Notes under the pieces: generated by a model
Seen by the model: only the letters and a program-made list of their open reading frames with translations
The model's database searches: none
Told to the model about the DNA's origin: nothing
Shown here: positions 39,771 to 48,537 of the stretch, piece after piece
How positions within the stretch are numbered: the stretch's first letter is position 1
Layout: the number at the start of each line of letters is the position of its first letter
From: a virus
Taxonomy: Duplodnaviria > Heunggongvirae > Uroviricota > Caudoviricetes
Length of the DNA stretch: 64,000 nt
IMG/VR virus record: IMGVR_UViG_3300043036_000338
Direction: 5' to 3' (one strand)
Position numbers and translations under genes: made by a program

Positions 39771-40532
39771 TTATTTGTCAATATTTGATTTGCAATTATC
39801 AAAGTGCCATCTTTTCATACTATTGCCCTTACCGTTTTTTCCACAATGTGGACATTCAATAATGGGATTGTTTAAATGAGTATTTTTCATTTTTAATTTT
39901 GTTTCTTCTGATACAATTTTATTCTTTTGCGATTTGCTCATTTTTTTACGAGATTCTTCTGAAAAAGTCCTGCCTATTTTTGAATTTCTCATTTTTGTTT
40001 TTGTTTCTTCAGAATATTCACGGCCTTTCAGTGATTGGCCTATCTTTTGCTTTGTACTCAAATCGTGTTTCTTTCCCAATCTGGACTTTCTCATATTGTT
40101 TCTTTCAATATCTGTTCTTTCTCGGGTTTTTAGTTTTTGTTTAGTCTCTTCTGATAATTTGTGATCTAAATGAGAATTACTCAATTTTCTTCTTGTTTCT
40201 TCTGAGTGTTTTCTTCCTTTGGCTTTTCTTGATATTTTATCCCTACTTTCTGCAGAAAGTTTTCCAGAACCATCCCCATTTTCTTCCATTAGGTTTGCAA
40301 AGTCTGGGTTTTCAATAATCGACCAAAGTTTAGAATAATAAAGACCTATTTTCTTCAATTCATCTTTATCTCTACAAATATCTAAAATATCAGTTTTAAC
40401 GTCATTGCCATGTACTGAAATATGCCTTAGCCAGTATATACCCGAGCCTTTATATTTGAATGGATCTTTTGTAGTCTGACCTAGGTATTTTTTACCGGTA
40501 ATGTTGTGAGTTTTTAAATATAAATAAAACAT
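39771..40532 (-). mobile_element. GIY-YIG homing endonuclease gene with NUMOD3-like repeats
   Basis: YLGQT...YKGSG GIY-YIG; repeated SEETKxK motifs; C-terminal zinc ribbon. Confidence 0.7.
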
Positions 40533-40596
40533 GCTGGAACTCCTATATTGTTCTAGAGTAGGTGGGGATACTGGGGAGTCTCCCGTGACCTACATG
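40530..40596 (-). repeat. 67-bp HEG leader repeat, copy 2
   Basis: identical to 38309-38375. Confidence 0.8.
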
Positions 40597-40598
40597 TT

Positions 40599-40606
40599 TA
40601 TTTATA
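40599..40606 (-). promoter_or_regulatory. T4-type late promoter TATAAATA
   Basis: TATAAATA upstream of leader copy 2. Confidence 0.5.
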
Positions 40607-40611
40607 ACATT

Positions 40612-40992
40612 TTAATCTTTCACAAAATAAATTGGTATTCCTGCTTTTTTGGATATATTTACCATGTTAGCAGTTCCTTTTCCACCAGGAAAGGCAATTA
40701 CTGCGTGTGGGTTTTCTGTCAACATCAATTTGTTTCGGATGGGTCCTGCTGCTTTTTTGTCTCGTTCCCAATTTGCATGGTATACTCTAACATTGCCGCC
40801 CTCAAGTGTGATTTTTCGCTCTGTCGCCCATACATGTGCAAGCGAGTCAGCACCTCGGCATCCTCCATGGATAAGCGTAAAAGATTTTCCTGCCATGGTT
40901 ACAGCTTGTAGTGCTTGATCAAGGACTCTAAAGAGTCTTTCTCGGTTGTCATAGTCTCTACCCCCACAAACAAGGACGCGGAATTCTTTCAC
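40612..40992 (-). CDS. DUF2493/SLOG (DprA-like Rossmann) domain protein
   Basis: VLVCGGRDY...IHGGCRGADSLAHVWA. Confidence 0.5.
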   Translation of the reverse strand: MKEFRVLVCGGRDYDNRERLFRVLDQALQAVTMAGKSFTLIHGGCRGADSLAHVWATERKITLEGGNVRVYHANWERDKKAAGPIRNKLMLTENPHAVIAFPGGKGTANMVNISKKAGIPIYFVKD

Positions 40993-41302
40993 TTACTCCA
41001 AGCCTTTGCAAAAAAATTACTCATTGTATCAGTCCCTGCACTATAACCAGCCAACCATGCAAGAAACAATGCCTCTGTCTGATCATTCCGCAAAAGGTCT
41101 ATTAGTTTATCCTTATGTTCTTCTAACCAAGTATCAAAGTCCATTTATTGCTTCACTTCCCTTACACAGATGATGTTTTCATGAGGAATGTTTGCTCTAT
41201 AACAGTAAGTTCTAGCATCATATGGATGATTAAATGCTTCTAATAATCCTGATGCTGATTCCACAATCCAAAATACTCTGAGTTGTTGATCATTGGTATC
41301 CA

Positions 41303-41527
41303 TTATCGTTTCCTCAACTTCTCATAGATTTCATAACCAATCGTTCCAGGCAGAGACATCTGGAACTTGTTAAGTATAAAAGTAATCTCTTCCTGAGACA
41401 ACTCTTCGTCTGGCTCCCAACCTTTTTCTTCACCCACAAACCAACCACGATTCTCAAGTTCGGCGATCAATTCTTGGTCGTCAACCGTGTCCAATTCAAA
41501 CTCAACATCCATATTAACGTAAGGCAT
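41303..41527 (-). CDS. hypothetical acidic small protein
   Basis: ORF 74 aa. Confidence 0.3.
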   Translation of the reverse strand: MPYVNMDVEFELDTVDDQELIAELENRGWFVGEEKGWEPDEELSQEEITFILNKFQMSLPGTIGYEIYEKLRKR

Positions 41528-41710
41528 TTTACTTCTCCATTATTATATTAGTTTTATATCACAACCAACACAAAATGTCAATCCTTAATTGCATCTTTAA
41601 TAAAAGTTGTTGCTTTTACTTCTCCACAAGCAGCGCAATAAACTAGACTATATGGAAAAAGAAAGTCACCATATTTCAGATGACTTTCTTTAATTATAAT
41701 AATAGTATTA

Positions 41711-42205
41711 CTACAACACTTCACTTCTTGATGAACCTCGGCCATGAGCAATACCATCAGCACCAAACGAAGCAGCCCATGACTCAGGTTTTAGTTTTGG
41801 AACAATACCAGTCATGCCAAGAACGTAACCGGCCGCTTCACTTGCAGCACAATTAGAACCATATTTAGGATCTGTATTAATATCAAGATGCAGTTCAACT
41901 TCAAATTCGTCAATAAAAGGCGCCAATTGAGTATATAGTTCACATACCTTTTGTACTTCTTTCATCATTCTCATCTTAGGTCTATTTGCTTTTAGATCAT
42001 AGTTGGCTTCATGTGATATATGTGAGAAGATACGACAACCATTCTTACCATTCATATGAACAATAGCAACAGTAGCATACCTAGCCATAGCACGATTATG
42101 TTTATCTACATATCGTACCGAATCACAACCTAGATATACCTTTGTTTCAGGATTCAATCCAATCAACAGATTCACCATATCTTCAATTTGTTTTTCAGTA
42201 AGCAT
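41711..42205 (-). CDS. hypothetical protein, possibly RNase H-like (DUF458-like) fold
   Basis: VYLGCDS motif; 164 aa. Confidence 0.3.
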   Translation of the reverse strand: MLTEKQIEDMVNLLIGLNPETKVYLGCDSVRYVDKHNRAMARYATVAIVHMNGKNGCRIFSHISHEANYDLKANRPKMRMMKEVQKVCELYTQLAPFIDEFEVELHLDINTDPKYGSNCAASEAAGYVLGMTGIVPKLKPESWAASFGADGIAHGRGSSRSEVL

Positions 42206-42334
42206 AATATTATTACCTTTCCATTACCTATAATTAATTATACACCTACCTACTTATATGTCAACTAAAAAGTAGATTCTAGACATAAAAAAAGCGGAGC
42301 ACAGAGGCTCCGCTTGAGGGTAGTTTGTTACTGA

Positions 42335-42697
42335 TTAGCCAGCACTACGAGTAATAAAGTTAACTCGAACCTTAGTTGGCTTGAAGTATTTGTCAATAAC
42401 ATCTTGTGCAATGCCAATATCAACTGGTTTACAAGAGAAGATGTCAATATATGCATCGCCATTGGAATCAACAAGGTGACCGGTAATATTACTAGTTTCA
42501 ATCATTTGACAGAAGCTAATACCTGCTTTATCAGCCGCATGAGTAGCAAAGTGTTCGATCATTGGCTCGCCAAAGGCTACCATGTCGATTGCAGGAACAA
42601 GTTCTTTGATAAACTTGTAAACATTTTCTTTGCTAGTGATAAGATCTTTATCACAAGCAGCGCAATCAAACATTGCCATATAACCCCAGTATGCCAT
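42335..42697 (-). CDS. speD: S-adenosylmethionine decarboxylase proenzyme (SpeD/SpeH class)
   Basis: QMIETSNITGHLVDSNGDAYIDIFSC matches AdoMetDC ES-cleavage/pyruvoyl motif; start assigned at MAYWGY with SD AGGAG. Confidence 0.6.
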   Translation of the reverse strand: MAYWGYMAMFDCAACDKDLITSKENVYKFIKELVPAIDMVAFGEPMIEHFATHAADKAGISFCQMIETSNITGHLVDSNGDAYIDIFSCKPVDIGIAQDVIDKYFKPTKVRVNFITRSAG

Positions 42698-42719
42698 TGA
42701 AACTCCTAATAATGAAAAA

Positions 42720-42794
42720 TGGTGCCCCAGGTAGGAATCGAACCCACACACTCGCCTTACAAGAGCGAACCTCTACCATTAAGGATACAAGGGC
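42720..42794 (-). tRNA. tRNA-Thr (UGU)
   Basis: rc GCCCTTG...CTTGTAA...GGGTTCGATTCCTAC...CACCA. Confidence 0.65.
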
Positions 42795-42798
42795 ATAT

Positions 42799-42873
42799 TG
42801 GAGCGGGCAATGGGGATCGAACCCACGACAATCAGTTTGGAAAACTGGAGCTCTACCACTGAGCTATACCCGC
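42799..42873 (-). tRNA. tRNA-Gly (UCC)
   Basis: rc GCGGGTATAGCTCAGTGGTAGAGCTCCAGTTTTCCAAACTG...GGGTTCGATCCCCATTGCCCGCTCCA. Confidence 0.75.
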
Positions 42874-43067
42874 ATTAAGTGTCTGTCTCTCCAGACTGTC
42901 ACATCAGCCCCAGAAGGCGTTTACCCGATGTTTGGTAGGTAGCTTCATATATTCGCACTTCACAAATTTATTACAGGATGGTCTGTGTGTGCATTGAATG
43001 TACTATCTAACCATCTACAATAAGATCTTACGATCATGCTTGGTGGCAGTATCCATCCTAATCTTAT

Positions 43068-43523
43068 TTATACGACCAGCGTTGCCCATTGCTGAATTTT
43101 TTGTTTTAAAATAGCAGTTGCTTCGTATTTATTTTTCTCACGATTCCAAATCCGATCACCATCTTGCTTACCGTATTTTGCTACCATAGCCCATACACGA
43201 GGTAGGGTTAGAATTTGAAAGTATGACTCGTTTTCAGGCTTACGCTTTTGTTCGACTGATGTATAAGGCACACCAGCAATATAAGCACGAGCAAGGAAGG
43301 TGGCACGATTCTCATTCCGAACATCCCACTTACGGTGGTTATTCAATGAACAATATGTATTGAATGCTTTATCATCCCAACGAGGATACATATCGTTGTT
43401 TCCAGCGGCATGCCATTTATTTAGCGCCCATTGATACTGTTTGAGTTGCTTCCGTTCTTCAAATTTAATGATACGGGCTTCTTCGGATAGGTGTTTCGAT
43501 TTTACTTTAAGTTCTACAGACAT
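43068..43523 (-). CDS. hypothetical protein
   Basis: ORF 151 aa. Confidence 0.4.
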   Translation of the reverse strand: MSVELKVKSKHLSEEARIIKFEERKQLKQYQWALNKWHAAGNNDMYPRWDDKAFNTYCSLNNHRKWDVRNENRATFLARAYIAGVPYTSVEQKRKPENESYFQILTLPRVWAMVAKYGKQDGDRIWNREKNKYEATAILKQKIQQWATLVV

Positions 43524-43915
43524 TTTATTCTCCTAAATTGATTTCAAATTGGTTTCATGTTACAGTCCAATTTAGGGTGGTTTAGTAATCTACAAGTTAT
43601 CACTCATTGTGATTCTCCTTTTTTAGAATTTCTTCGTATTTAGATACGACAACATCCAGTTCATCAACCTGTTTAACACTTTCTTCTGTGAACTTAAGAT
43701 CACCTGATTTAATTTTAGTCATCATAGATTCAAGTCTATCAGCCATATTTTGTAGAGTCACAGTTAGTTCTCCTTGTTAATATCCAATATATCAGCCATG
43801 TCATGATTCACATCAGCATGACCTTGTTCATCAGCTCTTACACACAAAACAACATCACGCAAGGCCAATCTGGTAAGTTGTGATTTAGATACGACATAAA
43901 TTAGCCTTTCTTTAA

Positions 43916-43991
43916 TGGTGGGTCTACTGGGACTCGAGCCCAGATTGTTCGTTTTAGAGGCGATTGCATACACCGTTCATGCTCTAGACCC
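43916..43991 (-). tRNA. tRNA-like gene with good acceptor, D and T arms but poorly paired anticodon arm (loop CUCUAAA; possible CUA suppressor-like or pseudo-tRNA)
   Basis: rc GGGTCTAGAGCATGAACGGTGTATGC...CCTCTAAAACGAAC...CTGGGCTCGAGTCCCAGTAGACCCACCA. Confidence 0.4.
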
Positions 43992-44123
43992 AAATTTGGG
44001 ATGCCCTATACTTCCCGATATGACAGTCAGCATTTGATTTCTTCCATAGCCGACATCCAACTATAGCATATACCGTTACTAATTACTCTACTCTATCAAC
44101 GATCTAACTTTGAGTAGAAATTC

Positions 44124-44639
44124 TTATGTTATTTTTATCAATGTGCGGTTATGAATTCGTTGGATATTGTAACCGCCGGCAAGGATAGTGCGGATATTGA
44201 TATGATGATCACCAACGTTGAAACTACCTTCATAACCATCACTCATGTGTGTCAGATCAAAGTCAGGAATAGTCTCAATATTCTTCTTACGCAGAGCCGA
44301 GATGATTTGCAAATCACGTTTTGCAATAAGAGCATTCGTATTCTTCATCATGTTCTCAAGGCCACCGGCAAGACCACGATCGGCAATCAAATTCATCATG
44401 GATTGACTACCCCAGTACTTGATCACTTCAGGACCACGCAATTTGTAATCCATACGGCCTGTATGTTGAGCATCCCATTCCTTCATATGAGGTTGGAAAC
44501 CTTTGATCTTTTTCTCTGCCCATTCTTGGTCAGACTTAATCAGTTTGGCATTCAACTCTGCAAACGCTTTAGTGATCTTGGCTTGCATATCTTTTTCAAT
44601 TGAAAAGGTCGAGAAATTTGATACGGTCATGGCGAACAT
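44124..44639 (-). CDS. hypothetical protein
   Basis: ORF 171 aa, early promoter at 44650-44700. Confidence 0.4.
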   Translation of the reverse strand: MFAMTVSNFSTFSIEKDMQAKITKAFAELNAKLIKSDQEWAEKKIKGFQPHMKEWDAQHTGRMDYKLRGPEVIKYWGSQSMMNLIADRGLAGGLENMMKNTNALIAKRDLQIISALRKKNIETIPDFDLTHMSDGYEGSFNVGDHHINIRTILAGGYNIQRIHNRTLIKIT

Positions 44640-44695
44640 CTCCTGTTGATATAATACTTATATATCACATAGAAAGTAATGTCAACAACTATTTT

Positions 44696-44787
44696 TGGCG
44701 GATCGTGTAGGATTTGAACCTACGGTAGAACTTTTGCCCTACGACGGTTTAGCAAACCGCTGATTTAAACCACTCATCCAACGATCC
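44696..44787 (-). tRNA. tRNA-Ser (GCU), type II
   Basis: rc GGATCGTTGGATGAGTGG...GCGGTTTGCTAAACCGT...long variable arm...GTAGGTTCAAATCCTACACGATCCGCCA. Confidence 0.7.
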
Positions 44788-44911
44788 AATTCTTCATATG
44801 AAGGATACACCGGTCTTAATCCACCAGACATCGGTTCATCCACGTACACGCGGCAGCCATAAGCAAGACGATCGAGCACGCTTCACGGTGTATCCATGAT
44901 ATAAAGAATAT

Positions 44912-44989
44912 TGGTGCCTTCGGTGAGATTCGAACTCACACTAGACCGCTTTTGAGGCAGTCGCCTCTACCAGGTTGGGCTACGAAGGC
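44912..44989 (-). tRNA. tRNA with anticodon CAA (Leu-type anticodon, but short variable loop)
   Basis: rc GCCTTCGTAGCCC...ACTGCCTCAAAAGCGGT...GTGAGTTCGAATCTCACCGAAGGCACCA. Confidence 0.5.
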
Positions 44990-45173
44990 ATTACGTATTT
45001 CTTTGTTATGGATTTTCTTGATCATGTCATCACGCATATCAATGCAGACGCAGCACCAACACTTATCCACCTTTGTCTTCTTGCCGTGCATATTGATATT
45101 GGCAGCGGCAGGATGATTTAGTGATCCGCGTGGCTTGTGATCACGATTGCGACCACGACCATAGACTGGAGAT

Positions 45174-45410
45174 TTAGCCATTGTAATCCTCATCAGTTGC
45201 TTTATAGTAATCATCCATGCGCTTTTCTTGCATTGTCTTGCTTTTCCAGTGCTTGCGAGGATTGCCGCACATATAACAAGAACAATTATGTGGAGTATGC
45301 GCCAGTTGACCAATAGACGATTCATCAAGTGGTCGCCATTTGGAAAAGATCTTAACAACCCATTTCTTTTTCTTCAACTCTTGAAACCGCCGAAAAGCTC
45401 TATCACGCAT
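45174..45410 (-). CDS. hypothetical small basic Cys/His protein
   Basis: ORF 78 aa (HTPHNCSCYMCGNPRKHW). Confidence 0.25.
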   Translation of the reverse strand: MRDRAFRRFQELKKKKWVVKIFSKWRPLDESSIGQLAHTPHNCSCYMCGNPRKHWKSKTMQEKRMDDYYKATDEDYNG

Positions 45411-45577
45411 TAGACTCTCCTATAGCATTTAACAGAATGTTTGGGGAAAGCTAAGATTACTCTTAGCGGCACCTTGCCATACTCCCCATCAAAGATACAC
45501 TGTTTGGATTCAAACCTTGTTCTAGTCTTGTCGATCTGCGCTTCTCACAGTGCTGACAGAGTATCTATGGTGGGGAG

Positions 45578-46210
45578 TTAGTTAAATTTAAGTTTTCTTC
45601 CGATTGACCAACCATTTGGTATTAATTGATCTCTATTTATTTTTTTACTTTGTTTTAATTCTATAGAATGAATCCACATTGTCCCATATTGTGAATTGTT
45701 AGGACCTTTTTGATGATCAATTTTATCATATGTCAGTTTCTTTTTTTCAATAGCTTCTGGTGCACGTGAAGCTTCGTTTGCAATACGTCTAACATTGGGA
45801 TCAAAAAATCCTAATTGTTTTTCTTTAAGAGTTTTAATCGTTTTAGAATTACCTTTTCTTTTATCTAAAGATTGTTGGAATTCTGGCGATCTGAATGGAT
45901 TTTTAGCTTCACCTAACTCATTATTTATATAACCCCAACCGCCTCTGCCACCAGCACAAAGATTGTATGTATTTTCTTTTAAACAAAACTCTTCAGTTAC
46001 TAACTCCGCTTCTTTAGCGTCCATATCAGATTCATTATCAAATTGGAAGAGTATTTCTTTTTCAAAATTCTCAATTCCATATTTTTTAATAGATTCCTTT
46101 ATCAACTTACCTGAACCCATATAACCATCATTGAGGTTCCGAGTTTGATGCTTACCAACATAAATTTTGTTATTCACTTTGTTTGTTATTTTATAAATCG
46201 TATAGAACAT
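45578..46210 (-). mobile_element. GIY-YIG homing endonuclease gene
   Basis: KIYVGKH...YMGSG; paralogue of 53816..54331; late promoter TATAAATA at 46233-46240 and SD AAGGAG. Confidence 0.7.
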
Positions 46211-46410
46211 TCAATTACTCCTTGCATATCAGTATTTATAATACTATTTATTTCATAGGAGTATCGGAATCGAACCGATAGTTTTTGTTTTCTTGCTGTA
46301 AACATTCTAAATTAGTATTGCTAGGGGTTTCGGACGCTCCCTATTACGCAGCACTACGCTACTCGACTTACGCCTAAGTCTGGGTCTGTTAGTTCCGGCC
46401 TAGCAATTTT

Positions 46411-46488
46411 TGGTGCCTCTAGTCGGATTCGAACCGACACTGTATGGCTTCTAAGACCATTGCCTGCTACCAATTGGGCTACAGAGGC
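46411..46488 (-). tRNA. tRNA with anticodon UAG (Leu-type anticodon, short variable loop)
   Basis: rc GCCTCTGTAGCCCAATTGGTAGC...ATGGTCTTAGAAGCCAT...GTCGGTTCGAATCCGACTAGAGGCACCA. Confidence 0.5.
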
Positions 46489-46493
46489 ATATT

Positions 46494-46567
46494 TGGTAGT
46501 CTGTGAGGGAATCGAACCCACGTAGTCGCCGTGTAAAGACGATGTTCTACCATTGAACTAACAGACC
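46494..46567 (-). tRNA. tRNA-Val (UAC)
   Basis: rc GGTCTGTTAGTTCAATGGTAGAACATCGTCTTTACACGGCGA...GTGGGTTCGATTCCCTCACAGACTACCA. Confidence 0.7.
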
Positions 46568-46709
46568 ATAATTGCTGGAGTCGACGTGATAATTCAATCG
46601 ACTCCGAAACCCTTTTGTGCACATGGTACATAGGGAAATTTGGTGAAGTGGATTTACGTCGTATGCCACTTCGGTGTTGAGATTTCGACACGGAGTACTC
46701 AACGTATAT

Positions 46710-46783
46710 TGGCGATCTATGGGGTAATCGAAACCCCGCCCTCGGATAGACAATCCGGTACGCTACCACTACGTCAATAGACC
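46710..46783 (-). tRNA. tRNA-Asp (GUC)
   Basis: rc GGTCTATTGACGTAGTGGTAGCGTACCGGATTGTCTATCCGA...GGGGTTTCGATTACCCCATAGATCGCCA. Confidence 0.6.
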
Positions 46784-46788
46784 AATTT

Positions 46789-46863
46789 TGGAGCGGAGAA
46801 TGGGAATCGAACCCACGACCTTCTCGTTGGCAACGAGTGGCTCTACCTCTGAGCTACCTCCGC
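46789..46863 (-). tRNA. tRNA-Gly (GCC)
   Basis: rc GCGGAGGTAGCTCAGAGGTAGAGCCACTCGTTGCCAACGAGA...GTGGGTTCGATTCCCATTCTCCGCTCCA. Confidence 0.75.
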
Positions 46864-47072
46864 AATTTAATTCTGGTGTCGATCTTCCTGCAAATCCTGA
46901 GAAGGAATTTAACGATTTTACCAGCAGGCCGTCGATCATAAAGTAAAAATCTCGGTTATAAATACACCGCCAGAAACTGAATATGATGGAATAACGAGCA
47001 TCGGCCATGAACCGATAGTCTTTTTAGTTTCCATGTCAATACTTTGTAAACTCTGACACAACCATCATAACT

Positions 47073-47147
47073 TGGTGGAGAATGGGGGATTCGAACCCCC
47101 GACTCAAGCGTGCAAGGCTAGTGTTTTCCCGATTAGACTAATTCCCC
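47073..47147 (-). tRNA. tRNA-Ala (UGC)
   Basis: rc GGGGAAT...CTAGCCTTGCACGCTTG...GGGGGTTCGAATCCCCCATTCTCCACCA with G3:U70. Confidence 0.7.
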
Positions 47148-47273
47148 GTTATTTGTTGTTTCTCATAAAGAATGAACACTTCTTAAAGTTTTCAAGACCT
47201 ATCTCTTTGATAGTTGCCACAAACGCGGCAATTAATGCTTCTTCTCGTGTCATTGTTCATTCCTTTTAATTTA

Positions 47274-47343
47274 ACAGGATCGTTTTGTCCGCTAAGACAT
47301 CATTGCATTGATTTAGCGTTTTGGTTTGCTGAACCGATCCTAA
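47274..47343. other. inverted-repeat-bounded structured element E1 (CAGGATCG...CGATCCTA) containing TTGTCCGCTAAGACATC motif
   Basis: 7-bp terminal inverted repeat; family with 48050-48172 and 50126-50215. Confidence 0.45.
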
Positions 47344-47347
47344 ACTA

Positions 47348-47438
47348 TGGCGGAGAGTGTGAGATTCGAACTCACGGAACGCTATTAACGTTCGGTAGTT
47401 TTCAAGACTACAGGCATAATCCTCTCGCCCAACTCTCC
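47348..47438 (-). tRNA. tRNA-Ser (UGA), type II
   Basis: rc GGAGAGTTGGGCGAGAGG...GTAGTCTTGAAAACTAC...long variable arm...GTGAGTTCGAATCTCACACTCTCCGCCA. Confidence 0.7.
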
Positions 47439-47445
47439 GTATATT

Positions 47446-47521
47446 TGGCTCCTGAGGAGGGTTACGATCCCCCGACCAACGAGTTAACAGCTCGGCGCTC
47501 TACCAACTGAGCTACTCAGGA
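47446..47521 (-). tRNA. tRNA-Asn (GUU)
   Basis: rc TCCTGAGTAGCTCAGTTGGTAGAGCGCCGAGCTGTTAACTCG...GGGGGATCGTAACCCTCCTCAGGAGCCA. Confidence 0.65.
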
Positions 47522-47593
47522 ACATTGGTTATAATATGAAGGGCGACTATATCCTTCATCATTTTACCCTGACTAGCAGGTCTGCGCTGTATT

Positions 47594-47669
47594 TGGTTGC
47601 GGTGGGACGGACTCGAACCGTCGATCTACTGGTTATGAGCCAGTCAAGATGCCTCTTCTCTACCCCGCA
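47594..47669 (-). tRNA. tRNA (CAU) copy 1 (Met/fMet/Ile2 family)
   Basis: rc TGCGGGGTAGAGAAGAGGCATCTTGACTGGCTCATAACCAGT...GACGGTTCGAGTCCGTC...CACCGCAACCA; one bulge in acceptor. Confidence 0.55.
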
Positions 47670-47690
47670 AAACTTAATTTGAAAATGCTT

Positions 47691-47769
47691 TGGTCGACTC
47701 ACCGATTCGAACGGTTAAGTAACTAGTGTAGTATCCACATACCTACGCCAAAGAATGCACTAGACTCAT
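47691..47769 (-). other. degenerate tRNA-like element (T-arm CCGTTCGAATCGG and ...GTCGACCA 3' end, no cloverleaf)
   Basis: rc ...CTAGTG...CACTAGTTACTTAACCGTTCGAATCGGTGAGTCGACCA. Confidence 0.35.
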
Positions 47770-47870
47770 TTTCAAAACTCTGTTTTCAACGATACACCAC
47801 CAAAGCGTCTTTCTGGGCATAACCAGCGACCACCATGTCTACTCGCTTACATCTTTCGAATGGCGCACGA

Positions 47871-48030
47871 GGTATATCTGTGAAAACAGAATTTCTTCTG
47901 TTTCTCTCTATTATCGACCGAAGTCTAAGAGTAATTCTAAATTGTCAAAGAGCAAGTAGTAAGGTTGTTTTTCATTCCCTATGTGTTATATATATCATAT
48001 ATGGAATGGATGTCAACAACTATTTTTGTT
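47871..48030 (-). promoter_or_regulatory. tRNA-operon early promoter plus conserved leader, copy A
   Basis: minus TTGACATCC...ATATAT then leader CTTGCTCTTTGACAATTTAGAATTACTCTTAGA...GAAACAGAAGAAATTCTGTTTTCAC; homologous copy at 52620-52770. Confidence 0.5.
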
Positions 48031-48049
48031 TTTTACATTTATTTTTTAA

Positions 48050-48172
48050 CAGGATCAACTTTTTGCTACGTGTGCTAACCATTACACTAGTGACCCATTT
48101 GGCGCCACTTGGGATTCGAACCCAAACTCCGATCGTTCAATGATATGCTATTTGTTGCTGTAATGATCCTAA
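48050..48172 (-). ncRNA. inverted-repeat-bounded tRNA-like element E2 (candidate Y-RNA-like/tRNA-mimic)
   Basis: outer stem AGGATCA/TGATCCT; internal T-arm TTGGGTTCGAATCCCAA plus ...GTGGCGCCA; D-arm-like GTGTAATGGTTAGCACAC placed after T-arm; ~370 nt downstream of rsr. Confidence 0.35.
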
Positions 48173-48332
48173 AATTTTACGTTTGTTGTAGATATGGTTT
48201 AATTTCCCAGAGACCATCGGTCACTGTAACACAAAAGTGTTTAGTCCCCAATGTCACGATCCATCTTTTATTCATTCGAGTATCTCCAAAATTATGTAGC
48301 CACGACCCATTACAGGTCGTAGCGAGCATTCA

Positions 48333-48490
48333 TCAATCAAAGTCTTGATAAGAGGTGCCGATAATCTTATCAGAGCCACCATACTTATCAAGCATTTTTT
48401 CAAATTCTTTACGATGATCAACTTTTGGTTCAGCTTCAGGTTTTTTCTTTTTCTTTAAAAAATCCTTAAACTTATCTATTGTTCTTTTCA
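48333..48490 (-). CDS. small Lys-rich ORF between rsr and element E2
   Basis: manual ORF MKRTIDKFKDFLKKKKKPEAEPKVDHRKEFEKMLDKYGGSDKIIGTSYQDFD. Confidence 0.25.
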
Positions 48491-48537
48491 TTCAGACACC
48501 TTTAAAGGAAATTCCAGCTATGACTATTTATACAGTC

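Noticed and set aside
43764-43973. ORF 69 aa on minus strand
   Set aside because: its 3' portion overlaps the tRNA-like gene at 43916-43991; low coding plausibility
44936-45358. long minus ORF (140 aa) as listed
   Set aside because: its upstream part is hydrophobic read-through and its 3' end runs across the tRNA at 44912-44989; only a shorter basic ORF starting near 45180 is plausible, and even that is uncertain
46479-47510. ORFs 46479..46769, 46547..46753, 46769..47008, 47072..47269, 47214..47510
   Set aside because: overlap four to five well-formed tRNA genes; translations are GC-structured-RNA artefacts
47835-48348. plus-strand ORFs 47835..48143 and 48109..48348
   Set aside because: cover the tRNA-operon promoter/leader and element E2; no RBS; opposite to local transcription
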